A stretch of DNA of 64,000 nt from Candidatus Nanoarchaeia archaeon (GCA_041653515.1 JBAZFG010000002.1:125632-189631), one strand, 5' to 3'; counted from the stretch's first letter, positions 38,329 to 47,440 are shown. Translations and numbers: made by a program. The notes: generated by a model not told the origin, from the letters alone.

Positions 38329-38417
38329 ACTAGAAATTAGTTTAATTAGTATTATAAGACTTTTTTAAAATTTTTTTAGAATCATAAAATTTATTTTATA
38401 AAAACTCTAAAGATGAA

Positions 38418-38573
38418 ATGCGTAAGTACAAGCCAAAGTATTTGTACTTAATTAAACAATTAAAAGATAGAGGTGTTGTGCATACTAAAATAAGGAGTGA
38501 TAAACAGTTATGCATTAAGTTAACACCTACTGGTCATTTTCTGTTAAAAATTTTGAACAAAGCGGGTAATTAA
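38418..38573 (+). CDS. Small ORF (51 aa), possibly a winged-helix-like DNA-binding protein; below the ORF-track cutoff
   Basis: Translates to MRKYKPKYLYLIKQLKDRGVVHTKIRSDKQLCIKLTPTGHFLLKILNKAGN. Its TAA shares a TTAA with the convergent NUDIX stop, a pattern seen at three other convergent pairs. Confidence 0.3.
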   Translation: MRKYKPKYLYLIKQLKDRGVVHTKIRSDKQLCIKLTPTGHFLLKILNKAGN

Positions 38574-38986
38574 TTCCGTATTAAATTGATGAAATCAATT
38601 ATACCTGGTAATAACTCGTCTTCCTTTAATTTATTAATTTCAATCCATTTTAGGTCCTTTGTTTTATGGTCATCAAGGTTTGGTTGCCCGCTGATTAATT
38701 GTGATTCATAGCATAGTACAATAACGTGTTTTCTATGGTCAGGGTAATCCCATATATTTGTATGAACATATGGAATCATTTGTTTTGGTTTAACAATATA
38801 ACCTGTTTCTTCTAATACTTCTCTGGCCACAGCATCTTCAGGTTTCTCGCCAAAATCAATTTTTCCACCTGGTAATTCCCATTTTAAATGCGCGCCCGGC
38901 ATAATTTCTTCATCCCTTAGTAAAAGTAGTATTTCATTACCTCTTTTAATTAGGGCTGTCGCGACAATAATTATTTGGTCATTCAT
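38570..38986 (-). CDS. NUDIX hydrolase
   Basis: Nudix box GGKIDFGEKPEDAVAREVLEETG. Confidence 0.85.
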   Translation of the reverse strand: MNDQIIIVATALIKRGNEILLLLRDEEIMPGAHLKWELPGGKIDFGEKPEDAVAREVLEETGYIVKPKQMIPYVHTNIWDYPDHRKHVIVLCYESQLISGQPNLDDHKTKDLKWIEINKLKEDELLPGIIDFINLIRN

Positions 38987-39035
38987 GAATTAAAAATTAC
39001 CAGATAATCCATTAAGTATTTTGTGATTACCTTTT

Positions 39036-39125
39036 TTAAATTTGATGTTGGTCAGTGATGATTAAACCAACCCAGAAGTACTTATTATTCATTAGGTCTT
39101 TTAGGTTTATTTCATCTTCATTCAT
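39036..39125 (-). pseudogene. Orphan 5' fragment (29 codons) duplicated from the GT-C gene 35503-36897
   Basis: Translates to MNEDEINLKDLMNNKYFWVGLII..., against MNDNDEINLKDLVNNKYFWVGLIS in the intact gene. Its ATG overlaps the stop of the upstream gene as ATGA. It terminates after 29 codons. Confidence 0.7.
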
Positions 39126-40141
39126 ATTGTCATCCTCGCTATGATGAATGCTGCCACGCAGAATAATGATTCAATCATCATTAAGAATGGAGTGATGTAT
39201 TCTTCTCGTTTTACTAATCTCATAGCTAAGTGTGTTAGTGAGTAAGTCTTCTTGTACTTAGGTTTTAGTGTGCCATCTTTCTGTAGTTCACCAAGACTGC
39301 TGGCCTTGAATTTCTTACGAGCTTTTAATGCAAACTCAATGAACCAAGGCGCGAACGCTATTAGCGCGAACTTCTCAATATTACCAATAATGATTGACGC
39401 GCCAAACACTGTGCCAACTAAGTATGGCAGTGTGTCGCCTGGCAGGAAACTCGCTGGGTACTTGTTGAATTTAAGGAAGCCTGCAAGACAAGCAGCTGTT
39501 GTTAAAGCAAGTATTGCGCCTTCAATCGTGCCGTAAAAATATGAGTATAAGCCAGTGCCAGTGAGTAATACTAAGCCTAAGCCTGTTTCTAAACCATTCA
39601 TGCCCGCGAGCATATTAGTCGCGTTGCCGCTGAAAATAATGATTAATGGCACAATGATTAGTGGGTAAATAATACCAATATTAACTGGCCCAACAAATGG
39701 AATGCTCACTAAGCTTTGGCCAGCGTTAATAGCCATTAATGGCACAGCAGCTATTAGTGAGATAATCACTTTATGCCATTGTTTTAATCCGATCCGCGTG
39801 TCAATCTCATCCTTATTAGTTCGTTGTTCTGGTTGAATGTTAATATCATCAAGGGTTATTAGTAAGGTTATTGTTAACACGCTTGTTAGGCCGGCGAATA
39901 ATAATGTTAAATTAGTTCCTGCGTTAGTGACAAAGACTGTGATGAAAATATAAGCCATTAAAGCTGTTAGTAAACCAATTGCTATTGGTATGCCACCACT
40001 GGTCGCCATCTTAGGCTTATTTTTCTTCTGGATATCCATTGCCTTCATACCTATTTTCTCAAGGAATCGCTTCAAGTAAGGGGCTATTATTATTGTGGCC
40101 ACAAAACCAGTTATTATTGTTATGATTAATGATTCATCCAT
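39122..40141 (-). CDS. UDP-GlcNAc:dolichyl-phosphate GlcNAc-1-phosphate transferase family (MraY/WecA/AglH-type)
   Basis: NATNMLAGMNGLETG motif; about 10 TM segments; directly downstream of aglB. Confidence 0.8.
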   Translation of the reverse strand: MDESLIITIITGFVATIIIAPYLKRFLEKIGMKAMDIQKKNKPKMATSGGIPIAIGLLTALMAYIFITVFVTNAGTNLTLLFAGLTSVLTITLLITLDDINIQPEQRTNKDEIDTRIGLKQWHKVIISLIAAVPLMAINAGQSLVSIPFVGPVNIGIIYPLIIVPLIIIFSGNATNMLAGMNGLETGLGLVLLTGTGLYSYFYGTIEGAILALTTAACLAGFLKFNKYPASFLPGDTLPYLVGTVFGASIIIGNIEKFALIAFAPWFIEFALKARKKFKASSLGELQKDGTLKPKYKKTYSLTHLAMRLVKREEYITPFLMMIESLFCVAAFIIARMTI

Positions 40142-40177
40142 TAAGGAAATGTTAGGGTGATTAGTTTTTTAATTGTT

Positions 40178-40339
40178 TGCCCCCGCAGTTTGGAATAAAC
40201 TTTTTTCAATAAGCAGGGGGATCAGGAAATGCCTAAAACTGAGGGGGATGTGCCCCCGCGGTTTGGAATAAACTTTTTTCAATAAGCAGGGGGATCAGGA
40301 AATGCCTAAAACTGAGGGGGATGTGCCCCCGCGGTTTGG
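40178..40339 (-). repeat. Tandem repeat, 73-bp unit x 2.2, each unit carrying one GC-hairpin element of the dispersed family
   Basis: Units start at 40178, 40251 and 40324 (tgcccccgc[a/g]gtttgg...) and are nearly identical. The array fills the aglB-to-GPT intergenic region, starting right after the aglB stop. Confidence 0.9.
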
Positions 40340-42958
40340 TTACCAGGCAGGACTGCCGTTATCAACCCATGGCATCATTGCAGTATAATTAATGTGATAA
40401 ATATTAATGTTGGTTGGGTCGTATTGTGATATTAATCCTCTTATGTTTAGTGAGTTACTTGAGTAGACTAATTCAAAACCAGGTATTGTTTCGTTCAATA
40501 AGTATAAGTGAGTCATGAAACGATCATTTAAGTCTGATGGGATGTGAATTAAGCCTCCTTCAATGAATTCAATACAAGAGTCAATGCCGTTAGTCTCATT
40601 AAAGTAAGTGCAGCCATTACCATAATCACAAACGCAATTGTATGGGTGAAGCGTGTTACTGCCCGTAGCTAAGTTATAAACTACTGCTTGTGGCTGACCA
40701 AAAGATTGGTCTTCAGCCATTGGTATTAAAACGTTTACTATGTAACTCTCGCCTTTAGGGAATAATACACCATCAATGATTGTGTCAGCGCCAACATAAC
40801 CTGGTGAGGCTAAGTAATTGAAAACTAGTAGTGTGCTGAATTGTTCAGGATTATACAAGTTATTATCCACTTGCTGGCTGTAAGTGTAAGGTGCGTAATA
40901 ACCTGGCCTGCCACCAATATTAGCCATCTGAACATATTTTAGTATATCATCATCCATGACTAATAAATAATTAGGCCTATTGCCTGTTTCATTATTCTTG
41001 AAGTAATCAAGTGAGTCATAAACCTCTGTCATGTTAAAGCCGCTAAACATTTGGCCGCCAATAACTTCATCCCATACTACTTGGAAGTTACCCCCATCAA
41101 CTGTTGTTGCCCGCTCGCCCATGGTTTGAACCCAGTAACCATAATCCCACCAATGAGTGAATACAGCGTTAGTGTCAGTGTTATTCCTAACCCAACTCAT
41201 TGATTCGCCCCAATCATTAGTGAAGCTTGGAATCATTGTTGAAGCATCTTCAACAATAACATAGTAACTCCATATTACTAATAGTATTGCGACTGCGTAA
41301 ATAGCTGTTGAGTAAACTTTATCACTTGTTATTTTGCTGATTAAATTATTTATCCGCTCAATAGCGTAAGCAGCTAATAACACGAATATTGGGGTGCTAG
41401 CAAAGACAATTCTTATTGCGCCCCTAGTTGCAATAACACTTAAAGCAAACCATAAGATGATTATTAGTTTACTTGGCGTTAACTCACCCCACTTACTGCT
41501 CTTATGGAATTTAATGTAAAATAATATTACTGTTAAAGCCAATAATGGCAGTGTTAGTAAGTAAGTGTTCTCAAAGAATAAATTAATTGCTTCATAACCG
41601 TTTAAGTTAACGAATTTGCTAAACATGAAGAATAAGATGAACACAGTAAACATTATCACTACTGATGTGGCTTTCTTGCCAAACTTACCTAATACTTCTT
41701 GAACTAATAATGCTCCACCAATAACAAATAATGGCACAAACCATTGAAGCCTATGCCACCAGTCAACCCCGTTAGGGTCATAGAACCATGGGGCTTGGTT
41801 TTCAGTAACTGAGACGCAGAAAGCACAAGTGCCAAAAGGGTTTAGTATTGTATCAAGAGCGCCTTGTAGTTTGGCGCCAACATCAAATAATCCAGTTAAT
41901 TGCATTACTGGCAGACCAACCATTATTAATACTGCCATCATTATTACGAAATAAAAATTATCAGGCCACTTCTTGTTCTTGATTAAGTTACTGATGAATA
42001 AATCATAAACAATTTTTAATCCAAGCACTAACGCTGTGATAGTTGGTATTAAGAACATATCAATCATGATTAAACCAAAACCATTATAGCGCAGGGTCAT
42101 TGTAGCGTTCATTAATATTATTGGGATGAACCACGCAAAGTAAGTGATTACGTTTTTATTGCTTAATTTACCCATTAAAGCAAGGAATAGGAATGCTAAG
42201 CCAATGCTGAAGAATAAGAAGTTAGCCCCACCCCAAGTCAGGCTTGATAAGCCAGCTAATACGCCTGATATTAACCCGTAAATTAATGCTTGTTTAGTCT
42301 TATTTGCCCTAATTGATTTGACTAATGCATAAATCATGCTAAACCAAAAGACTGTTGCAAGCGCTTCCTTATCACTAAACCCTGCCATGGTCCTGAATAA
42401 ATATGATGGGATTAATGATAAAAACGCTGTGGCAATTAACGCTGTTTTCTTGTTGAATATTTCTTTAGTCATTAAGAAAAAGAATATCATGCTTATTACA
42501 AACGCAACAACTGGGTAAATCATTGAATAACTCATTAGTTCGCCGCCAAATAATGGGTGAAATATTGTGTATAATCCTGCAACAAAGTAAGACACTAATT
42601 GGTGCTCCTTGAAAGTGCTAAAACCTTCTGGAAAATAACGAAATGAATCCATTTCAGGCAGGGTGCCCTGCTCCACTAGTGTTTCAGTGTAGCGGTAAAA
42701 AACATACGGGTCAAGACCAAGCAATAAACCATTGTATAATGGTATGCTTAGCATCCTAACCCAAGCCCCAACTAATATAATACTAATTAATGCTGCGTAT
42801 AATATTATCTTCTTATTTTCTTTGAGGAATTTTACTGCTTCGCCAAAATTAAGTTCATCCTCATCAGTGGTTGCTGGTTTTTTCTCTTTCTTATCACTGC
42901 TAAACCAGCCTTTAATCTTTCGCCCTATCTCCCCGAAATCAATTTCTTCATCACTCAA
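40340..42958 (-). CDS. aglB: Archaeal oligosaccharyltransferase AglB (STT3 family), long form
   Basis: Canonical HWWDYGYWVQ motif, first-loop GLDPYVFYRY, about 13 TM segments and a large C-terminal domain. Confidence 0.9.
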   Translation of the reverse strand: MSDEEIDFGEIGRKIKGWFSSDKKEKKPATTDEDELNFGEAVKFLKENKKIILYAALISIILVGAWVRMLSIPLYNGLLLGLDPYVFYRYTETLVEQGTLPEMDSFRYFPEGFSTFKEHQLVSYFVAGLYTIFHPLFGGELMSYSMIYPVVAFVISMIFFFLMTKEIFNKKTALIATAFLSLIPSYLFRTMAGFSDKEALATVFWFSMIYALVKSIRANKTKQALIYGLISGVLAGLSSLTWGGANFLFFSIGLAFLFLALMGKLSNKNVITYFAWFIPIILMNATMTLRYNGFGLIMIDMFLIPTITALVLGLKIVYDLFISNLIKNKKWPDNFYFVIMMAVLIMVGLPVMQLTGLFDVGAKLQGALDTILNPFGTCAFCVSVTENQAPWFYDPNGVDWWHRLQWFVPLFVIGGALLVQEVLGKFGKKATSVVIMFTVFILFFMFSKFVNLNGYEAINLFFENTYLLTLPLLALTVILFYIKFHKSSKWGELTPSKLIIILWFALSVIATRGAIRIVFASTPIFVLLAAYAIERINNLISKITSDKVYSTAIYAVAILLVIWSYYVIVEDASTMIPSFTNDWGESMSWVRNNTDTNAVFTHWWDYGYWVQTMGERATTVDGGNFQVVWDEVIGGQMFSGFNMTEVYDSLDYFKNNETGNRPNYLLVMDDDILKYVQMANIGGRPGYYAPYTYSQQVDNNLYNPEQFSTLLVFNYLASPGYVGADTIIDGVLFPKGESYIVNVLIPMAEDQSFGQPQAVVYNLATGSNTLHPYNCVCDYGNGCTYFNETNGIDSCIEFIEGGLIHIPSDLNDRFMTHLYLLNETIPGFELVYSSNSLNIRGLISQYDPTNINIYHINYTAMMPWVDNGSPAW

Positions 42959-42965
42959 TTTAACA

Positions 42966-43784
42966 TCATACTCCTAATGAAATGTAAACCTCTAATAATC
43001 CCCCGATTATTAATACAATGCTTGCAAGCACTATTAAATCAATGGAATCAAGTAATACCTCTTTAAATTTATTACTCTTAGGGTCATGCCTTATTACTGC
43101 TGCACTAATAATGCCTCCTGCAATGCCTGCGAGGAAGTAAGCAATTAATTCTGGCAGACCATGAACTAAGTAACGACCAAACCCTAGTGGCACTGCCTGA
43201 AAATAAGAAGACCAATTACTAATATTGGTTTTAATTGCGTTGCCAATAGCGACGCCGAGCACGCTTGAGTTCCACGTGATAATAAATATTGCGCCCGCCC
43301 CGTATAATAAGCTAAATATTAAGCAGAAGAGTAATACTTTGAAGTTATTGGCTAATATTATTTTTAATAAATCTGTTTGCACTGCATTGCCTTGAATGGC
43401 TGATGAGTTAATGCTTCTGATAGTGTTTATTTGCTCTGAGAATATTTTTGCGTTAAGGCTGTCAGGCATTATGACATACCATGTGGTGAATGTTATTAAT
43501 AATCCCATTGACATGAAGAATATTACGCCGAGCACATCTTTATGATTGCCAATTAAGGGGTATTGTTTTTTGGTGAAATCCTCTGATTCCTCTCGTTTTA
43601 GCACGTTAACTAGTAATGGCACGCCAGCCATTGTTGTAAGAAAAACCATACTTAATGACGGGTCTGATGGGAATAACCACATGCTGACTACTAAGCCAAG
43701 GCTCGCGTATATCACGCCTAATATTGTCATTTTCCAAGGCTTGGCTCTAACTTCTTTACTGCTTAATATTGACTCAAAAACCAT
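42966..43784 (-). CDS. Integral membrane protein, SpoIIM/DUF95-like
   Basis: Six or so TM segments. GLPELIAYFLAGIAGG resembles SpoIIM-family blocks. Assigned from memory only. Confidence 0.4.
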   Translation of the reverse strand: MVFESILSSKEVRAKPWKMTILGVIYASLGLVVSMWLFPSDPSLSMVFLTTMAGVPLLVNVLKREESEDFTKKQYPLIGNHKDVLGVIFFMSMGLLITFTTWYVIMPDSLNAKIFSEQINTIRSINSSAIQGNAVQTDLLKIILANNFKVLLFCLIFSLLYGAGAIFIITWNSSVLGVAIGNAIKTNISNWSSYFQAVPLGFGRYLVHGLPELIAYFLAGIAGGIISAAVIRHDPKSNKFKEVLLDSIDLIVLASIVLIIGGLLEVYISLGV

Positions 43785-44838
43785 TAATCACCTCTAATTT
43801 TCGGCTCCTGCCTTGGAATCCTTCGCCAGTATCAGTTGCTTTGATTAGTCCTTGTTTTCTTAATCGGTTAATGTAGCGCCTAAAACTCCTAATGCTTAAT
43901 TCGCCATGTATCTCGCGGTAATTCTTGTAAGCATCGCCGCTAATAATATTAGGGTTCTCTTTTATGATGTTAATTATTTTTTCTTCATGGTCGCTTAATT
44001 CCTGAGGTAAGTTAATAGTTATTGTCTTAATTGCTTCTTCAACGTGCTTGACTGTTATTTTCCTGCTAGCATCCCGCTCAGCCCTGCGTCCAGCTTCTAA
44101 TAATAAGTTGATTGCTTTCCTAACATCTGTGCCTGAATTAATACTTACTTCATGGACTACTCCTTCGCTTACAACACTTGGGTGGAACGCTTGTTTGGCC
44201 CTGCGTTCAATAATGTTTTTCATCTCGCGCGTAGTGTATGGCTTGAACTCCATGTTATTAAGGTTTAATCGCGACATTAATCGTGGTTCAATATAATTCT
44301 TGTACTTAGGGTTGTTAGTGACCATTAAGATGCATACCCGTTCTAAGTTTAGTAATGAGTATATTATGTCAAGGTCTTTTATTTTATCCACTTCATCAAG
44401 GCAGACTACTGCTCCTTTTTCCCTTAGTTTTCTCATCGCGTTATTAAGTATTTCTTCGGTCGGCACACCTTTAGGGGGATAGAGCATGCCTAATCGTCGC
44501 GCTATCTCTAAAGCTATTGTGTGAGTGGTCTGGCTTTCCCAGCAATTAATGAATACTGGTACAATATCGCTGGTCTCTTTTAATTCGTTAAAAATATATT
44601 TGATGCTCGCTGTCTTGCCAAGCCCAGGCATGCCGTGGATGAATACATTACTCCCTAAGCGATTTTGTAATAATGGTTTGATGAAACTAGCTATTTCTTT
44701 AATCTCATTGTCCCGTTCAGGCATTTCTTCTGGTTGGAATTTATAATCGAGAATAGTTTCATCCTTGAACAAAGTCTCGTTGTCCATCAGGATATCTTTG
44801 AATAAGCCCCCCATAATAGTAAGGGACACGCTAATCAT
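43774..44838 (-). CDS. cdc6: Orc1/Cdc6 replication initiator
   Basis: Walker A GMPGLGKT, Walker B VVCLDEVD and a C-terminal winged-helix region (RSFRRYINRLRKQGLI). Confidence 0.9.
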   Translation of the reverse strand: MISVSLTIMGGLFKDILMDNETLFKDETILDYKFQPEEMPERDNEIKEIASFIKPLLQNRLGSNVFIHGMPGLGKTASIKYIFNELKETSDIVPVFINCWESQTTHTIALEIARRLGMLYPPKGVPTEEILNNAMRKLREKGAVVCLDEVDKIKDLDIIYSLLNLERVCILMVTNNPKYKNYIEPRLMSRLNLNNMEFKPYTTREMKNIIERRAKQAFHPSVVSEGVVHEVSINSGTDVRKAINLLLEAGRRAERDASRKITVKHVEEAIKTITINLPQELSDHEEKIINIIKENPNIISGDAYKNYREIHGELSIRSFRRYINRLRKQGLIKATDTGEGFQGRSRKLEVINGF

Positions 44839-44860
44839 TATTAAAGGTTCCGATAATAAG

Positions 44861-44870
44861 TCTTAAATAA
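44861..44870. promoter_or_regulatory. TATA-like box tcttaaataa shared by cdc6 and the divergent ORF
   Basis: The centre (~44866) is 28 nt from ATG 44838 and 27 nt from ATG 44893. Confidence 0.4.
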
Positions 44871-44892
44871 TTGTTAAGCACAATAATTAATC

Positions 44893-45384
44893 ATGGCAAA
44901 GGAGTTTTCAGATAATTTAGGTGATAAAGCTAATGAGGATTATCAGCAAACACTTGAGATTATTTTTAGCTCAATTCTTGACCCATTGTTTGAGTTACAA
45001 AACGATGTTTTTGAGTTAAAGGGTTATGTGACTAATGTGCTGCCTGATTATATTAAAAAGTTAGTTACAACTGGTGTTGAAGAATTATACGTTAAAATAA
45101 TTGCATTCTTTAATGAGCGTGACCGAAAAATAAATGATTATTTTGACCAACAAAGAGGTCAGATTAATCAGCCAACTAATATTCCTGTTAATAGTTATGT
45201 TGTAGGTAACACTGCTATTGGTTTTAAGACGCTTGATGATTTAACCCCGCCACCGCCGCCTAAGAAGCTTGATCAATCATTTGAGAGTTCTATGTGTGAA
45301 GTAAAAAATAAACAGGATACTGTTCGTAAAAATATTATTGATGAATTAAAAGAATTGTTTACTAAGCGCGGCCCAATTGATTAA
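44893..45384 (+). CDS. Hypothetical protein (helical, with a PPPPP tract)
   Basis: Intact ORF with a TATA-like box at the expected distance. No recognisable domain. Confidence 0.4.
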   Translation: MAKEFSDNLGDKANEDYQQTLEIIFSSILDPLFELQNDVFELKGYVTNVLPDYIKKLVTTGVEELYVKIIAFFNERDRKINDYFDQQRGQINQPTNIPVNSYVVGNTAIGFKTLDDLTPPPPPKKLDQSFESSMCEVKNKQDTVRKNIIDELKELFTKRGPID

Positions 45385-45848
45385 TTTCTTAGTATATTAA
45401 CTGCTTTGATTGCTTTAATGAGCATTTTCTTGTTGACTGGTTTATTGCTTTTTAATGCGTTTTGTTGTTGTTTCCTATGCAATTCATTTATTGAGTAGCT
45501 TAGTATTACTTCAACACTTTTATCATAGTAACCGCTGGTTTTTAAGTAATAAGTGCCGTTTCCGAAATAAGTTATTCTAATATTATACTCATCGGTTTTA
45601 CTAAGCCCTACTGCTGTGAATGAATTCTTTGCTGGTGTCTTAATTGATTGATTAATCATCTGTTCTAACTGGCTGATTGATAACTCTTTTTGGTTAAGTG
45701 TTTTAAGGCTTTTTTCTTTAGCACTGATTAATTCAAGTGTTAACCCGCTTAGCCAGCCAATTGCAACGTATGTTTTTCCTGTTATTGCTTTGCTCATTTC
45801 TTGAGCAACGAATAACTCATCATCAAATTTTAGTGATGTGTACATCAT
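45381..45848 (-). CDS. Hypothetical protein
   Basis: Intact AT-rich ORF. Its stop shares a TTAA with the convergent gene. No recognisable domain. Confidence 0.4.
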   Translation of the reverse strand: MMYTSLKFDDELFVAQEMSKAITGKTYVAIGWLSGLTLELISAKEKSLKTLNQKELSISQLEQMINQSIKTPAKNSFTAVGLSKTDEYNIRITYFGNGTYYLKTSGYYDKSVEVILSYSINELHRKQQQNALKSNKPVNKKMLIKAIKAVNILRN

Positions 45849-45877
45849 TAATTGTTTCTTTTTATTATCTTATATAC

Positions 45878-46393
45878 TTAATTGGTTGATTCAAATAAGT
45901 TGTTGAGTGTTTTGTAATCAATTATTAGGCTTTTTTTTAGCTGAAATTTTGTTGTGTTAATTAATTGTTCTTGGTTTAAGTCTTTGATTTTGTTTACTTT
46001 GATGATTACATCATCCTCGTTCTTGATTATTACTGAGTCAATAGTATTGTATTGGGTAAACGTATTAGTTCTTAACTCAAATTGTTTGTTCTTCTTAACT
46101 ATTTTAAGGAAACTAAAATAACCTTCATCAAATAAAGGTTCTTTCATTGAATCATTAATTATGTTGTTAAACTCATTTTTGTTAATAAATTTATATGGGT
46201 TAATTATTATTAATCTAACCTCATCTAATCTTAACATACCTATTAATTGCTCTCTTCTTCTTCCCATTAATGCTGCTAAATTGATTGGTCCATGGTTGAA
46301 ATCATACCAGTAGTTAGTAATTAATTTATGGTCATTGCTCTCTCTAATCTTATGATTAACATCTGGTTTTGGTTTGTATTGGCCATTATTCAT
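45878..46393 (-). CDS. Hypothetical protein
   Basis: Intact AT-rich ORF. No recognisable domain. Confidence 0.4.
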   Translation of the reverse strand: MNNGQYKPKPDVNHKIRESNDHKLITNYWYDFNHGPINLAALMGRRREQLIGMLRLDEVRLIIINPYKFINKNEFNNIINDSMKEPLFDEGYFSFLKIVKKNKQFELRTNTFTQYNTIDSVIIKNEDDVIIKVNKIKDLNQEQLINTTKFQLKKSLIIDYKTLNNLFESTN

Positions 46394-46444
46394 ATTCTTT
46401 ATTACCCATAATCTTTTTTATAACAATTACTGTCCTACAATCCC

Positions 46445-47440
46445 ATGGGTGTTAATATTCGCGATTTAGTTACGCCAGTTAGGACAGACCTTAAGTCTTT
46501 ATCTGGCTGTAAGATTGGGGTTGACGCTTTTAACTGGTTATACCAGTTTATCTCAACTATCCGCCAGCCTGACGGCACGCCGTTAATGGATTCTAAAGGC
46601 AGGGTGACTAGTCATTTAACTGGCTTATTTTATCGGGTGTTTAAGTTGCTTGAGTATGGGATTAAGCCTTGTTTTGTTTTTGACGGCAAAGCGCCTGATT
46701 TTAAGTTAGTGACTGCTGAGCGTGTTAAGCGTAAGGTTGAGGCTAAGCGTAAGTATGCGCAAGCGTTGGCTGAGGAGGATTTTGTTCGCGCCCGCAGTCT
46801 GGCAGGTCAGACGAGCCGATTAACTGGTGAAATGGTATCTCAGGCTAAGGAGTTAATCATTGCTATGGGCTTGCCTGTTATTCAGGCGCCAAGCGAGGGC
46901 GAGGCCCAGATTGCTTATATGACTAGTCAGGGTGATTTTTGGGCTAGTGCTAGTCAGGATTATGATACTTTGTTGTTTGGTAGTCCGCGGTTGGTTAAGA
47001 ATATTAATATTGTTGGCAAGAAGCGCTTGCCTCGTGGTGGTTTTGTTGAGGTTGTGCCTGAAGTGATTGAATTAAAATCATTACTTGAATCACTTGGCTT
47101 GTCCCGAGAGCAATTAATTCAGCTTGGCGTATTAGTTGGTACTGATTTTAATCCTGGCGGGGTTAAGGGTGTTGGGCCTAAGACTGCGCTTAAATTAGTC
47201 CGCGCTCATACTAATCCTTTTACGCAAGTTGATTGGGTATCCAGTATTAAACCTGAGTTTATTATTGATTTTTTCCTTCATCCACCAGTGATTAAGGATT
47301 ACAAACTGGTTTGGTCTGCGCCTGATTTTGATAAAGTTAAGTCAATCTTAACTTCATTTGAGTTTAGTGAGACAAGGATTGAGAATGTTTTTAAGAAATT
47401 CCGTGAGTCAGGTCAATCACAATTAAATAAGTGGTTTTAG
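46445..47440 (+). CDS. fen: Flap endonuclease 1
   Basis: MGVNIRDLV...IGVDAFNWLYQF...TSHLTGLFYR...KPCFVFDGKAP, which are XPG N/I domain blocks. Confidence 0.9.
   Translation: MGVNIRDLVTPVRTDLKSLSGCKIGVDAFNWLYQFISTIRQPDGTPLMDSKGRVTSHLTGLFYRVFKLLEYGIKPCFVFDGKAPDFKLVTAERVKRKVEAKRKYAQALAEEDFVRARSLAGQTSRLTGEMVSQAKELIIAMGLPVIQAPSEGEAQIAYMTSQGDFWASASQDYDTLLFGSPRLVKNINIVGKKRLPRGGFVEVVPEVIELKSLLESLGLSREQLIQLGVLVGTDFNPGGVKGVGPKTALKLVRAHTNPFTQVDWVSSIKPEFIIDFFLHPPVIKDYKLVWSAPDFDKVKSILTSFEFSETRIENVFKKFRESGQSQLNKWF

Noticed and set aside
40178-40339. The tandem 73-bp repeats could be mistaken for a CRISPR array.
   Set aside because: There are only 2.2 contiguous units with no unique spacers between them. 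The unit is longer than typical CRISPR repeats, and no cas genes lie in the window.
43774-44892. Replication origin expected next to orc1/cdc6.
   Set aside because: The cdc6 upstream spacer is only 54 nt and is fully explained by a shared promoter. I could not find ORB or mini-ORB-like inverted repeats here or in the nearby short intergenic regions. The G-tracts in the 40178-40339 array are direct, not inverted, repeats and lie 3.4 kb away. An origin cannot be called from sequence alone.
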